From: Fibrobacter sp.
Lineage (GTDB): Bacteria; Fibrobacterota; Fibrobacteria; Fibrobacterales; Fibrobacteraceae
Length of the DNA: 43,758 bases
Assembly (NCBI GenBank): GCA_012515825.1
Contig: JAAYXQ010000025.1
Span: forward strand, 1 to 43,758
Direction: 5' to 3'
Shown here: in pieces, positions 1-10,700 of the stretch
Numbering within the stretch: position 1 is the first letter of the stretch
Layout: every line of letters starts with the position of its first letter
The notes under the pieces: generated by a model
What the model saw: the letters and a program-made list of their open reading frames with translations, nothing else
Told to the model about the DNA's origin: nothing
Database searches by the model: none
Made by a program: the position numbers and the translations under genes

Positions 1-308
1 CGATCAGCAGCGGAAACACCTGTTGTACAGCCTTCAATTTTATCCACCATGATGGTAAAAGGTGTTCCCAAAATAGAAGTATTTTCTTGTGTTTGGCGAG
101 TTAAACCTAGAGCTTTACATCTGGAGATAGATAAAGGAGCACAAAGCACGCCACGACCTTCTTTTAACATAAAATTAACGGCTTCGGGCGTCACTTTTTC
201 TGCTGCGATTATAAAATCACCTTCATTTTCACGATCTTCATCATCCACGACGATCAGAAATTTTCCGTTTCGGAAATCCTCAATCGCTTCTTCAATTGTA
301 TTAAGCAA
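1..308 (-). CDS. ribB: 3,4-dihydroxy-2-butanone-4-phosphate synthase domain (RibB or N-terminus of RibBA). Only the 5' part is present; the gene runs off the window start.
   Basis: My reverse-strand translation reads (L)[68 protein letters not shown]..., the conserved DHBP-synthase N-terminus. It is absent from the ORF track because it is truncated. A putative TTG start at 308 overlaps the ribE stop; the start codon is uncertain. Confidence 0.8.
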   Translation of the reverse strand, partial: MLNTIEEAIEDFRNGKFLIVVDDEDRENEGDFIIAAEKVTPEAVNFMLKEGRGVLCAPLSISRCKALGLTRQTQENTSILGTPFTIMVDKIEGCTTGVSAAD

Positions 309-900
309 GTTTCGCTTCCTTTAAATAATTTTCGACGTACTTCCCAATCATATCCACTTCGATATTGACAAGAGTACCTGTCTGCCAAGTGGCCAAATTT
401 GTTTTTAATAAAGTTTCAGGAATAATAGCAACAACGATCCCAAGCTCAGTCTTTTCTGCAACGGTTAAGCTTATGCCGTTTAAGGTAACAGAACCGCGAC
501 GAATAATATAACGTCGCAAATCACTTGGTATCTCAAGTTCGACTTCGATTCCCGTTTCTCGTTCCACGCGAGAGTGCACTTTGATCGCACTATCTACATG
601 CCCCATTACAAAATGCCCACCCATTAAACTTTGTGGTGTACATGGCAATTCCAAATTCACGAGATCGCCTACTTTAGTATCAATAAAAGATGTGTTTTTT
701 ACGGTCTGATGAATCAAACAAAAAGTGGCCTCATCTTCAGTACAATTTTCAATAGTCAAGCAAACGCCATTATTTGCAACGCTATCTCCCACCTTACTAT
801 CTTTAAAAAATTGTGAAGCAAAAAGACGCATAGATAAAGCATCTCCACGCCATTCGAGAGAAAGTATCTTTCCGGTTGCTTGAATAATTCCTGTAAACAT
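301..900 (-). CDS. ribE: Riboflavin synthase alpha chain
   Basis: 199 aa beginning [12 protein letters not shown]. The two lumazine-binding repeats are visible ([12 protein letters not shown]... and [12 protein letters not shown]). Directly followed by ribB. Confidence 0.9.
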   Translation of the reverse strand: MFTGIIQATGKILSLEWRGDALSMRLFASQFFKDSKVGDSVANNGVCLTIENCTEDEATFCLIHQTVKNTSFIDTKVGDLVNLELPCTPQSLMGGHFVMGHVDSAIKVHSRVERETGIEVELEIPSDLRRYIIRRGSVTLNGISLTVAEKTELGIVVAIIPETLLKTNLATWQTGTLVNIEVDMIGKYVENYLKEAKLA

Positions 901-1072
901 ACGAGGTAAAATTAGAAAAAAAAAGAATGTCAGAGTAAAGAATGGAAAGAATCTCGCCTAAATTAAGTTAGTTTCTTCGCTTTACCCTATTGTTACTTTT
1001 AGCAACCCTTTTCTTGACCCTTGAAGTGAAACGATTATAGGGGCTTTCTTTTTTAGAAAATTATTTTTAAAC

Positions 1073-1108
1073 AAAAAAAATAGGGCCTTTTTTGAAAAAA
1101 GCCCTATT
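1073..1108 (-). terminator. Rho-independent terminator downstream of sdhB
   Basis: On the minus strand: TAGGGC(T6)C(A6)GGCCCTA hairpin followed by a T8 run, about 20 nt after the sdhB stop. Confidence 0.7.
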
Positions 1109-1128
1109 GATAATACTAGATAAAAGAA

Positions 1129-1911
1129 TTACATGTCTTCGCCGTAAACTTTTTCTGCATAAAGAGCTGTGGCACCTAGGTATTCGCGATTCATTTTTGC
1201 AATGAAATCTACGGTGATACTCTTAGGGCATGCTGCTTGACATTCGTAGAGATTAGAGCAGTTACCAAAGCCTTCTTTATCCATTTGTGCCACCATGGCA
1301 AGTACACGCTTTTTAGCTTCTACTTTACCTTGAGGCAAATAGCTTAAGTGGCTTACTTTTGCAGCTACAAAAAGCATAGCGGAAGAGTTCTTACAAGCGG
1401 CAACGCAAGCACCGCAACCAACACAAGCGGCAGCATCAAAAGCACGATCAGCTTGGTCTTTTGGTACAGCAATGGTCGCTGCATCTGGAGCAGAGCCTGT
1501 ATTCACGCTCACAAAACCACCAGCTTGGATAATGCGATCAAATGCAGAGCGATCTACAGCACAGTCCCGAATGACAGGAAATGCTGAAGCACGCCAAGGT
1601 TCAATTACAATGGTATCGCCATCTTTAAATTTGCGCATATGTAACTGACATGTGGTGATCGCATGGTCAGGCCCATGAGGCATACCATTAATCACGAGAG
1701 AGCACATACCACAAATGCCTTCACGACAGTCATGATCGAAAGCAAAACCTTCTTTACCTTCTTTCATTTGTTGTTCATTGACAGTGTCAAGCATTTCTAG
1801 GAAAGACATATCTGGAGAAATGCCACCTATTTTAACTGTTTCAAACTGTCCTTTCGATTTGGAATCTTTTTGACGCCAAATTTTCAGAGTCAAATTCATA
1901 TTACCACTCAT
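1129..1911 (-). CDS. sdhB: Succinate dehydrogenase/fumarate reductase iron-sulfur subunit
   Basis: 260 aa with Cys clusters for 2Fe-2S (CREGICGMC), 4Fe-4S ([11 protein letters not shown]) and 3Fe-4S (CQAACPK). The start overlaps the sdhA stop (TAATG). Confidence 0.92.
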   Translation of the reverse strand: MSGNMNLTLKIWRQKDSKSKGQFETVKIGGISPDMSFLEMLDTVNEQQMKEGKEGFAFDHDCREGICGMCSLVINGMPHGPDHAITTCQLHMRKFKDGDTIVIEPWRASAFPVIRDCAVDRSAFDRIIQAGGFVSVNTGSAPDAATIAVPKDQADRAFDAAACVGCGACVAACKNSSAMLFVAAKVSHLSYLPQGKVEAKKRVLAMVAQMDKEGFGNCSNLYECQAACPKSITVDFIAKMNREYLGATALYAEKVYGEDM

Positions 1912-3824
1912 TATTTATAACTCCGGGTCACAAGGTGAACGTTTTCAAATGTTAAAGGTTCTTTAGATAATTCAGGTTTTTGATTATTGCCCTTATATTC
2001 CCAAGCACCAACATAGCAGAATTTTTCATCATCGCGTTTTGCTTCGCCTTCTTCTGTTTGGCTTTCCTCACGGAAATGGCCACCACAAGATTCTTCACGA
2101 TGTAAAGCATCTTGAGCCATTAATTCACCAAATTCAAGGAAATCAGCTAAACGGCTAGCATGCTCAAGATTCTGGTTAAAGGATCCTTCACTGCCAAGAA
2201 CATTTACATTCTTCCAGAATTCTTCACGTAACTCAGGAATTAAAGCCAAGGCTTTCTCTAAGCCAGCTTTATTACGTCCCATACCTACGTTTTCCCACAT
2301 GATGTGGCCAAGTTCACGATGAATATCAGAAACAGTACGCTTTCCTTTAATATTTAAAAGCTTATGAATACGTTCTGAAGATTCTTTCTTTGAAACTTCA
2401 AATTCTTTTTCAGTAGAAGAAATTTTCTCAAGTTTTGTGCTTGCAAAATAACCACCAATGGTATAAGGAATCACAAAATAACCATCAGCTAAACCCTGCA
2501 TAAGAGCAGATGCTCCTAAACGGTTAGCACCATGATCAGAGAAGTTTGCTTCGCCAAGAACAAAGCATCCAGGAATAGTACTCATTAAGTTATAATCAAC
2601 CCATAGACCACCCATTGTATAGTGGACTGCAGGGAAAATACGCATAGGTACTTTATATGGATTCTCATCGGTAATCTTTTCGTACATTTGGAAGAGGTTA
2701 CCATACTTTGCACTGACAGCAGAAACACCTAAACGCTTGATGGCATCAGAGAAGTCTAAGTAAACAGCTAATTTAGATTGACCAACACCCATTCCGTTAT
2801 CGCAAACGTTTTTAGCATTACGGCTAGCTACGTCACGAGGCACTAAATTACCAAAGCTTGGGTATTTTTCTTCTAGATAATAAAATCTTTCTGATTCAGG
2901 AATTTGATCTGGAGAACGAGTGTCTCCAGCCTTTTTTGGAACCCAAACACGGCCATCATTTCGAAGAGATTCACTCATCAAAGTTAATTTAGACTGATGG
3001 TCTCCTGTGACAGGAATACAGGTTGGATGGATTTGAGTATAGCAAGGATTAGCAAATACAGCACCCTTTTTATATGCACTCCAAGCAGCAGAAACGTTAG
3101 AACCCTTTGCGTTAGTGGAGAGATAAAAGACGTTACCATAACCACCAGAGCATAGACATACGGCATCAGCTTCATGGCTTTCAAGTTCACCAGTAACGAG
3201 GTTGCGCACGATAATACCACGAGCCTTACCATCGATCACCACTAAGTCTTGCATATCGCGACGTGGGAACATTTTCACTGTTCCCTTAGCGACTTGGCGC
3301 ATCATTGCTTGATAAGCACCAATTAAAAGTTGTTGACCAGTCTGGCCACGAGCATAAAATGTACGTGAAACTTGAGCACCACCAAAAGAGCGGTTATCTA
3401 AAAGACCACCGTAATCTCTTCCAAAAGGAACACCTTGAGCCACACATTGGTCGATAATCAAATTTGAGCATTCAGCTAAACGATGAACGTTGGCTTCACG
3501 AGCACGGAAGTCACCACCTTTTACTGTATCATAGAATAAACGATATACGGAGTCGCCATCGTTAGTATAATTTTTTGCCGCATTAATACCGCCTTGAGCA
3601 GCAATAGAGTGAGCACGACGAGGACTATCTTGAATACAGAAAGCCTTAACGTTGTAGCCTAATTCACCAAGTGAAGCTGCAGCAGAAGCACCAGCAAGAC
3701 CTGTACCAACGACGATCACAGTAAACTTACGTTTGTTTGCTGGGTTTACAAGCTTCAATTCAAATTTATGACGAGTCCATTTTTCACTAATCGGACCACC
3801 TGGGATTTTAGAATCGAGAATCAT
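1911..3824 (-). CDS. sdhA: Succinate dehydrogenase/fumarate reductase flavoprotein subunit
   Basis: 637 aa with an N-terminal FAD-binding [10 protein letters not shown] motif, the [14 protein letters not shown] covalent-FAD His region, and HYTMGG. TAATG overlap with the sdhC stop. Confidence 0.93.
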   Translation of the reverse strand: MILDSKIPGGPISEKWTRHKFELKLVNPANKRKFTVIVVGTGLAGASAAASLGELGYNVKAFCIQDSPRRAHSIAAQGGINAAKNYTNDGDSVYRLFYDTVKGGDFRAREANVHRLAECSNLIIDQCVAQGVPFGRDYGGLLDNRSFGGAQVSRTFYARGQTGQQLLIGAYQAMMRQVAKGTVKMFPRRDMQDLVVIDGKARGIIVRNLVTGELESHEADAVCLCSGGYGNVFYLSTNAKGSNVSAAWSAYKKGAVFANPCYTQIHPTCIPVTGDHQSKLTLMSESLRNDGRVWVPKKAGDTRSPDQIPESERFYYLEEKYPSFGNLVPRDVASRNAKNVCDNGMGVGQSKLAVYLDFSDAIKRLGVSAVSAKYGNLFQMYEKITDENPYKVPMRIFPAVHYTMGGLWVDYNLMSTIPGCFVLGEANFSDHGANRLGASALMQGLADGYFVIPYTIGGYFASTKLEKISSTEKEFEVSKKESSERIHKLLNIKGKRTVSDIHRELGHIMWENVGMGRNKAGLEKALALIPELREEFWKNVNVLGSEGSFNQNLEHASRLADFLEFGELMAQDALHREESCGGHFREESQTEEGEAKRDDEKFCYVGAWEYKGNNQKPELSKEPLTFENVHLVTRSYK

Positions 3825-4687
3825 TAACGGCCTCCGTTCATTTCAAAAACATAGGAAACTTGAGTATTTTCAATTGAAGAAGGCAAAATGAAAGCACCTT
3901 TTTCAGCCTCTTCCATCTTCTTTTGTTCTTCAAGCATTTTCTGCTTGCCAATATCTCTAGATTTTTCAATAAGATCTTGCGTTTCAGGCTTGTTCCCTAA
4001 AATAAAGGAAGCCACAGCGATCAAAGCAAAACCAAGAGCGACAACAACACTATAGACTATGCCAAGTAATTCAATAAATGGGGTCCACTTTTGGTGTGCT
4101 ATTCCCATAGTTTGGAAAGCAGAAGAAATCGCATGGAACAAATGAAGCCCAACAATAAACATACTTACAACATAAAAAGCAGAGAACTTAATATCTGCAA
4201 AAGCAATGATGGTGGTGAGCCACATATCACGGATTACTCTTCCATCAGCAACATCAGGACTCTGGTAGAAAAAGTATTCACCAAATTTTAAGGACATTAA
4301 GTGAGACACTAAAAAGAAAACAACAAATAAGCCAGACCAGATCATAGTGAAAGTAGCAAAAGTCTTTTTGCCTTTTCTAGCATTGACATCATAATCACTG
4401 CCACCACGAGCTTTTTTATTTTGAAGTTTTAATGTTACCGCTAAAAATACGTGTAAAATAAAAACAGCCATCATCACAGCTTCTACAGTATAGATAAAAG
4501 CTTTATGACCCGTTAGTAGTTCACAATAAGCGTTATAAGAGGCCTGAGCGGCAAGTGGATCCAAGTTGATTAACTGAATGTTACCAACCATGTGTCCTAG
4601 AATGAACATAGCAAGAATTGCTCCTGTGCATCCCATTATTTGTTTTTTGCCAATCGAGGATGTGATGTATTTAATTATCCATTCCAT
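3824..4687 (-). CDS. sdhC: Succinate dehydrogenase/fumarate reductase cytochrome b membrane subunit (single large b558-type anchor) with an unusual charged C-terminal extension
   Basis: 287 aa with about 5 hydrophobic helices carrying conserved His residues (GHMVGN, LHVFLA, VSHLMS, GLHLFHA). First gene of the sdhCAB-type operon; AGGAG RBS upstream. Confidence 0.8.
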   Translation of the reverse strand: MEWIIKYITSSIGKKQIMGCTGAILAMFILGHMVGNIQLINLDPLAAQASYNAYCELLTGHKAFIYTVEAVMMAVFILHVFLAVTLKLQNKKARGGSDYDVNARKGKKTFATFTMIWSGLFVVFFLVSHLMSLKFGEYFFYQSPDVADGRVIRDMWLTTIIAFADIKFSAFYVVSMFIVGLHLFHAISSAFQTMGIAHQKWTPFIELLGIVYSVVVALGFALIAVASFILGNKPETQDLIEKSRDIGKQKMLEEQKKMEEAEKGAFILPSSIENTQVSYVFEMNGGR

Positions 4688-4714
4688 TGATGTATCTCCT
4701 TAAAGTTCATTCAA

Positions 4715-5173
4715 TTATTTTGCCATCACACAACAAGCTTTTTGACTTGCTGCATCATAAGCGTAAATGTTTTCTTTTTCAAACCAAAAAGCTATTTCTC
4801 TAGCGGCACTTTCCACACCATCTGAACTGTGAACCACATTTTCAGTCATGGAAGGGGCAAAATCATGACGAATCGTTCCTGGTTCAGATTTAGCTGGATT
4901 TGTGGCTCCATTAATCGCTCTGACTTTTGCCACAGCATTTTCACCACCGAGCACAAGCATCACAGAAGGGCCTTTAGTCATATATTCTTCGAGTTCACCA
5001 AAAAAGGGCTTTTCCACGTGTTCAGCGTAAAAGCCCCTAGCGTCAGCAGAAGTCATCTGGTGCATTTTTATAGCACAAACAGATAATCTTGCACTCTCAT
5101 AACGTTCAATAATTCGCCCTACTAAGCCAGAGGCAACGCCATTAGGCTTAATCATAGCAAAAGTCATTTCCAT
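4715..5173 (-). CDS. ndk: Nucleoside diphosphate kinase
   Basis: MEMTFAMIKPNG...GATNPAKSEPGTIRHDF...NVVHSSDG (active-site His). I moved the start to the ATG at 5173, which is preceded by AGGTGG. The track ORF begins at an upstream TTG at 5200. Confidence 0.9.
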   Translation of the reverse strand: MEMTFAMIKPNGVASGLVGRIIERYESARLSVCAIKMHQMTSADARGFYAEHVEKPFFGELEEYMTKGPSVMLVLGGENAVAKVRAINGATNPAKSEPGTIRHDFAPSMTENVVHSSDGVESAAREIAFWFEKENIYAYDAASQKACCVMAK

Positions 5174-5206
5174 AAAATACCACCTTTTTGTGTTTCGCAA
5201 ATATAA

Positions 5207-5236
5207 GTAAAAATAGGAACCTAAAAATAGGTCCCT
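5207..5236 (-). terminator. Probable rho-independent terminator after the SurA/PpiD-like gene
   Basis: On the minus strand: AGGGACCT-ATTTTT-AGGTTCCT (8-bp stem with one G.U pair) followed by ATTTTT. Confidence 0.5.
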
Positions 5237-5251
5237 AAAAGAAGATTTTAT

Positions 5252-7675
5252 TTATTCGGCTTTTTTGTCAGAAATTGAACCTAAGGAATCGGTCTCCTCT
5301 ATTTTAGAAATTTTTTCCACAAGTTCTTGAGCCAATTTTCCATTAGATTCTATGTTCTTAATTAACCATTCCACAGACTCTTTGAGTTCACTTTTAGGAT
5401 ATTTCGTGATGAAATCCTTAAATAAAGGAAGAGCTAAGGAATCATTTTTTAAGTTTTCAGACAAAACAAAAGCTCTACTAAATAACGCTTTTTCTGAATT
5501 AGGATCTGTTGGCCAGAGACTATAATAGACTCTGTATTCAGACTCTGCATTGTTGTAACTTTCATTTTCATTGTCGATCGTTGCTATTTCAAAAGTTGCT
5601 TTCTTGTAGGCTGCTTCGTTATCTGGATAAAGAGAACGAATTAATTCATAATTAGCACGAGCTTCGTTTAGCTTACGATTATTATAGAATTGTTCTGCTT
5701 CTAAGAAGAGTGAATCAGAAGAAAAAATTGTTTTTAAAGCAGGCATCTTAGAATTAAAGACGGTTACCTTATACTTACTCCACATATCTCTTTCTAAACG
5801 TTTCCATTGATTACTTTCTTCAATTGAAGAAATATTTCTAAAGACCATTCCACGAGCAGCTTCAAAATCAGCAAAAGAACGATAAGCATCCATATTGAAA
5901 TAATATTCTCTCTTAAGAACAATTTCTGGTGTTTTTAAATAAATTTTCAGTTGTGGAATAAGTTCTTCAAAGGTGGCCGTAGGAGCAATCTTCGCACCAA
6001 CTTGATCAAAAACGGTTTTAAGATCTTCATCTGAAAATTCTTTTTTGAGTCTTAAAGAATCTTTAAAATATTGATTCGTGAGATCACGGCGAGTTTGACG
6101 CACAAAAGCCTTGTATTCCCATGATTGATCGAGATCAAAAGACTTCGCTTCCATTGCATATACAGCCCATTGAGTTAAAAAGTCTATCAAACGAGTGCGA
6201 TTAAAAGCAACACGTTGACTTTCTGGAATTTCATTACGAAGAGCAATTAAATCACTTTCTCTCACTAAAGGCTTACCTTGAGCAGTGACTAAAACAAACG
6301 AGGAATCCAGCTTTAGATTATCATCGTTCGCTATTTCATTTAAAACCGTAGAACGTACTCGATCAAAGGATTTTGGCTCTGCTGGGATTTCTTTTTCAAG
6401 ATAAAATACATGGTATTTTTGTGTTTTTGGTGCTTTTATAATAGAAGAAATAGTTCCTGCTGGTTTACCCGTAAACTCATCAAAAACTTGAGGAACAAGC
6501 CCTATACCATAAGGCATGCTATGACTTTTTTTAACACTCCCTACTAGACCTTCTTGTTCTTTTGTAAAAGTATTTTGAGATAATTCTGTTGCTTTTTTCT
6601 TAAAATCATCAAGAGAAGAAACCTGATCTAAAACATCTTTCTTTAATATAGCTGAATCGCTATGCTCTATATGATAAAGGCTATAGCCAGGTAATGTCTT
6701 ATATAATTCTATATGAGAATCATAATATTTCTTAGCTTCAGCGTCAGATATAGGCTGTTTTACAACGTCATATTTTTTCTCAAAACGTCGATAAGATTCA
6801 CGCATCATATCTCGAGTATAGTTATCAATAAACATACGATGAAGATCAGCCAAATGTTCTTCTAGAACAGCGGCCTTCGTTTCTTTTCTGGAAATCATTT
6901 GTACAGTATAAAAGGTGGAATCATTTAAGGAATCCACAACGGCAATGGTCTTAGGAACTGAATCCACAGGAAGAGCTGAATCGCCAAAAATAAATGGTTT
7001 TAATTCTTTTAGAGCTGTTAATTCATGATATATTTTTTCATTTACAACTGTACGATTAACTCCTTTGATTGAATCTATTGGAGTCTTTGCAAGAATAGCG
7101 GATTCAATTTTTGATGATTCTTTCTTGGTATCCGATTTAAAGAAATAAAGTTCTGCTAGAGCTGGTTCACTAAAATTAGATAAATTCTGTTCAATAAAAC
7201 GATTTACGGAATCAGCATTGGCCTCTATAAAAAGCTTTTGAGCCACACTTTTTCGAATATCATTAAATGTTTGAGTTGAATCCATGGGGAAGGAATCTTT
7301 ATTAGCCTCATAATACTTTTCAACTTCACTTTGCTTAAATCCAAACATTTCAAGAACATGATACTGCTGATAAACCATAGTCATTAGACGGTTATCCATG
7401 CGTTTGAGATCATCGTCCACTTTTGAAGCTATTCCAGGATACGTGGTACGAGCAACAGCAGCCATACCCTCGTTTAAAATAACTTGATTAAAAATGTCGG
7501 CAAAACGTGCGGATTTTTTTTCTGCATTAGCAAGTTTTTGTGATAATTCCACATCGGAAAGATATACCTTTTCACTCCCTATACGAGCGACTAACTCTTC
7601 TTTAGTCCCCAAAGAATTACACCCAACTAGGCTTAGTAAAGTAAAAGAAAGTAAAAGAATTTTTTTCGAATTCAT
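5252..7675 (-). CDS. Periplasmic chaperone-like lipoprotein: SurA/PpiD-like N-terminal region, a degenerate parvulin-like segment, and C-terminal TPR repeats (YbgF/BamD-like)
   Basis: Lipobox LSLVGC. A SurA_N-like start (ELVARIGSEKVYLSDVE). A parvulin-like stretch (GLVGSVKKSHSMPYGIGLVPQVFDEF...HVFYLEKE). A TPR-like C-terminus (YPDNEAAYKKA..., WPTDPNSEKALF..., KYPKSELKESV). The start is set at the ATG at 7675, preceded by GAGGA; the track start at 7687 lacks an RBS. Confidence 0.6.
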   Translation of the reverse strand: MNSKKILLLSFTLLSLVGCNSLGTKEELVARIGSEKVYLSDVELSQKLANAEKKSARFADIFNQVILNEGMAAVARTTYPGIASKVDDDLKRMDNRLMTMVYQQYHVLEMFGFKQSEVEKYYEANKDSFPMDSTQTFNDIRKSVAQKLFIEANADSVNRFIEQNLSNFSEPALAELYFFKSDTKKESSKIESAILAKTPIDSIKGVNRTVVNEKIYHELTALKELKPFIFGDSALPVDSVPKTIAVVDSLNDSTFYTVQMISRKETKAAVLEEHLADLHRMFIDNYTRDMMRESYRRFEKKYDVVKQPISDAEAKKYYDSHIELYKTLPGYSLYHIEHSDSAILKKDVLDQVSSLDDFKKKATELSQNTFTKEQEGLVGSVKKSHSMPYGIGLVPQVFDEFTGKPAGTISSIIKAPKTQKYHVFYLEKEIPAEPKSFDRVRSTVLNEIANDDNLKLDSSFVLVTAQGKPLVRESDLIALRNEIPESQRVAFNRTRLIDFLTQWAVYAMEAKSFDLDQSWEYKAFVRQTRRDLTNQYFKDSLRLKKEFSDEDLKTVFDQVGAKIAPTATFEELIPQLKIYLKTPEIVLKREYYFNMDAYRSFADFEAARGMVFRNISSIEESNQWKRLERDMWSKYKVTVFNSKMPALKTIFSSDSLFLEAEQFYNNRKLNEARANYELIRSLYPDNEAAYKKATFEIATIDNENESYNNAESEYRVYYSLWPTDPNSEKALFSRAFVLSENLKNDSLALPLFKDFITKYPKSELKESVEWLIKNIESNGKLAQELVEKISKIEETDSLGSISDKKAE

Positions 7676-7751
7676 TTGTATCCTCATGTAGAAGAACTAT
7701 TTAAAATAACTTGTCCAAAAAATATAAAAATCAGCTTTTTAGACAATTGAA

Positions 7752-10700
7752 TTGAAACGAAATATACATATTCTAACTATATTATGGAGGTTGTCTAAAG
7801 AAACAGATCCTCAACATCAGTCTTCTAAAAATAAGAATTGGTCAAGGAGACTGATTGCTGTCGCATTTTTTGCGATTTTTGTAAGCAGTGTTGTCTTCAC
7901 CGCTTGGACTCTTTTTTATTGGCTGGATCATTTTTTAAAGGAAAAACAGACTTATGGTTCCGTAGTAGTAGAACCATTTCAATATTCAAGAGATCATATT
8001 TTATCACATCACTGGGATTCTATCCTTGTTTATAGCCCCGATTTTTCAATTTCAATCCAAAAGCCTCATTTTCGAATTTTTGATCTTCTTTCAAGCAAAC
8101 GATCGGCCTTATTAAAAGTAGAGCATGTAAAATGCCACTTTTCTACTCAACCCAAAGACTCTACCTCAGCCCCCTTTTCACTCGACTCCATAAAAATTCC
8201 AAATATTAAAATACCTATACCCGTTTTCATTGAATTAGACTCTAGTTTGGTAGAAGTCGATTCTACTCTCTTTTGGAAAACTCAAGGGCTAAAAATTAAC
8301 AATGAATCAGCGAACAACGTCATATTATCTATAGACACCATAGACGGAAGTTATCTAGCTTCTTCTTTGAATATCAATGCAATGATATCGCTAGACGATA
8401 TAGAAGTGGCATCTGAAATAAAAATAAATTCAATCAATGGAAAAGATCAGGTCAAACTCAAAGCCAACGCTCCCAAAGATGAACTTCGATCTTATAAGAT
8501 AGAACTAGAAGCCATCGTTCAAGATCCAAAGCAATGGTTACCAGAAAATACTCTACCAACAGGGATACCCACGCTTTCTGATTTAAAATTCAAGATCGAT
8601 TTTTCAGAGAATGAAGACCACTCCAATTATATCTATAATGGAAACATTCAAATAAATACATCCGAATTTTGGCCTCTAGAAGCTTTAAGAAACGACATTT
8701 CTTTTTCAGGAGACTCAAAGGAAATAATAGCCGAAGCCTTTCTACGTAATGAAGATGGTGGAGAAATCGAACTTCATGGAACTCTGGATTTTGATTTGAA
8801 CTTCAATCTCCGTGGAAGTGTAAAAGACATGAGTGCTGAATTTGGTCCTCAAATTATGCCTCTTGACGTACAAATACATTCTGCAGTGAAAAAAGGGAAT
8901 TCCATTGTAGCTGATATTAAAACAAGACGAGGCTCAGAAGTAAAAGCTAATCTATCCAATTTAGATTCAAATCTCAGAATAGACTATCAGGCAAGAATAA
9001 CGCCTACAGAATCTTGGGCTTTAGATTGGACTAGTGGAAATGTCATTCTAGAAGACATTACTCATATATCGGGCTATTTTCAAGATGGGCTTTTACATGC
9101 ACATGCAAAAATTGCTCCCGTCCCATATGCTTATGGCATGAAAGCCGATTCTGTGGTCACAGATCTCGTGCTTAACGAAGATGGAATAATATTTCCAACA
9201 ATTAATATATTCACTCCAAGAGATTCATTATTTGCCTCGGGTGAAGTCATATGGGCTCATCCAAAACAACACACTGCTTGGGAATTAACTTTACCTAATA
9301 GTTCGGCCAAAGCTTGGATTGATTTTGAAGACAGTATAAAAATCAGTGCAGAAACACATAACATTGAAGTTGCTTCCATTCCTTTAGCAAAATCAAATAT
9401 ACTCAATAAGATTAAAGGAACCGTCACAGCTTCTTGGAATCATAATTTTGATAGCAATGAAGGGTATGCTGAAATAGAAGCATCCACCATGTTAGACAAA
9501 TTTATGATTGAAGGGAAAATGACGGTTAAACAAAATCAAGATACCATTTTTATTCAAAACGCAAAAATTAACCACGATAAAAATGCTATCGAAGCAGAAG
9601 CCACATTCCTAATTCCAAACGAATCGACTCCTAAAGGAATTTTACCTGTCGATCTTTTACACGCTTGGGTTGCCTCACATGAATTCGATATTCCCCTCAT
9701 TTTACAACCACTTCAAGACTCCACTTTCAAAAGTGCCTTTTTTAGCGGAGACCTTGCATACAACAAACAATTTGGTTTACAAGGAAACATCAACTTTGAT
9801 CGCATTTTATTTAATAACATTTCAGAAGACGTATTAAGTATTCATCGAGTGAATCTTTTTACAGAAAAAGATAAAGCTGAACTAAATGCGTATCTCAAAA
9901 TAGGAAACGGTGGCTGGAACGGAAATACTCAAATTATATTAAGCGATTTATTTAATTCAAAACGCCATCTAAATATATCTCACGCCACAGAAACAGGTGG
10001 TACAATATGGACAGATGGTTTTATTGATACTTCATTAACGTTCAATGGTTCTATTCAAGCGACTGGATCTTGGTTTTTACCTGCAAATGCAGGAGAAATC
10101 ACTCAAACCGATTTACAAATTGATGTGAAGGCTCCTCTAAAAAAAGGATTGAGTGGAATTGAAGCTCAATTTTATTCAGATAAATCATTCTACAAAATAC
10201 CTTCATTTAACATGACTATTCCCATTTCTCTCCATGGAAAAATGAAAGACAAAGTGGTTTCTGTAGCAAACGTAAAAACTAAAAATGAGCTAGATGAAGA
10301 AATCAATGCCTCCGTTCAAATCAACTTAGATCAAATGGAACTGGATGCCATTCGTTTCTACTCCGAAAAATATTCCTTAACATATGACAGCATCCACTCA
10401 ATTGAAATCAAAAACTTATTTGGGCAAATGGAAGACTTTTCAGATGAGTTTATCATCTCGTCTGATTTATTTGAAATCGCGTATAATTTAAATTCACCCT
10501 CCATTGGTAAAGCCTCGGCCAATTTAAGGGGTAAACTAAATGTTAATATTCCACACTCTAAAGAAAACAGTATTGAAAACTCTTCTGTCAACGGATTTAT
10601 CTTTATAGACAAGGCCGTTTATGAAAAAGAAATAGACATTGATATTTCGCCAAAAAGTATTGATCGTTTACTCACCATGTTCAAAAACACCTTAGTAAAA

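Noticed and set aside
49-324. 91-aa plus-strand ORF at the window start
   Set aside because: It lies antisense to a clearly recognisable RibB coding sequence, and its product is low-complexity.
901-1128. FMN (RFN) riboswitch upstream of the ribE-ribB operon
   Set aside because: I read the 228-nt minus-strand leader and could not find the conserved RFN blocks (GGGCAGGGTGAAATTCCC, ACCGGCGGT, CCGACAGT...CTGGATG). It contains only a TATAAT-like hexamer and the sdhB terminator. A covariance-model scan would be the decisive test.
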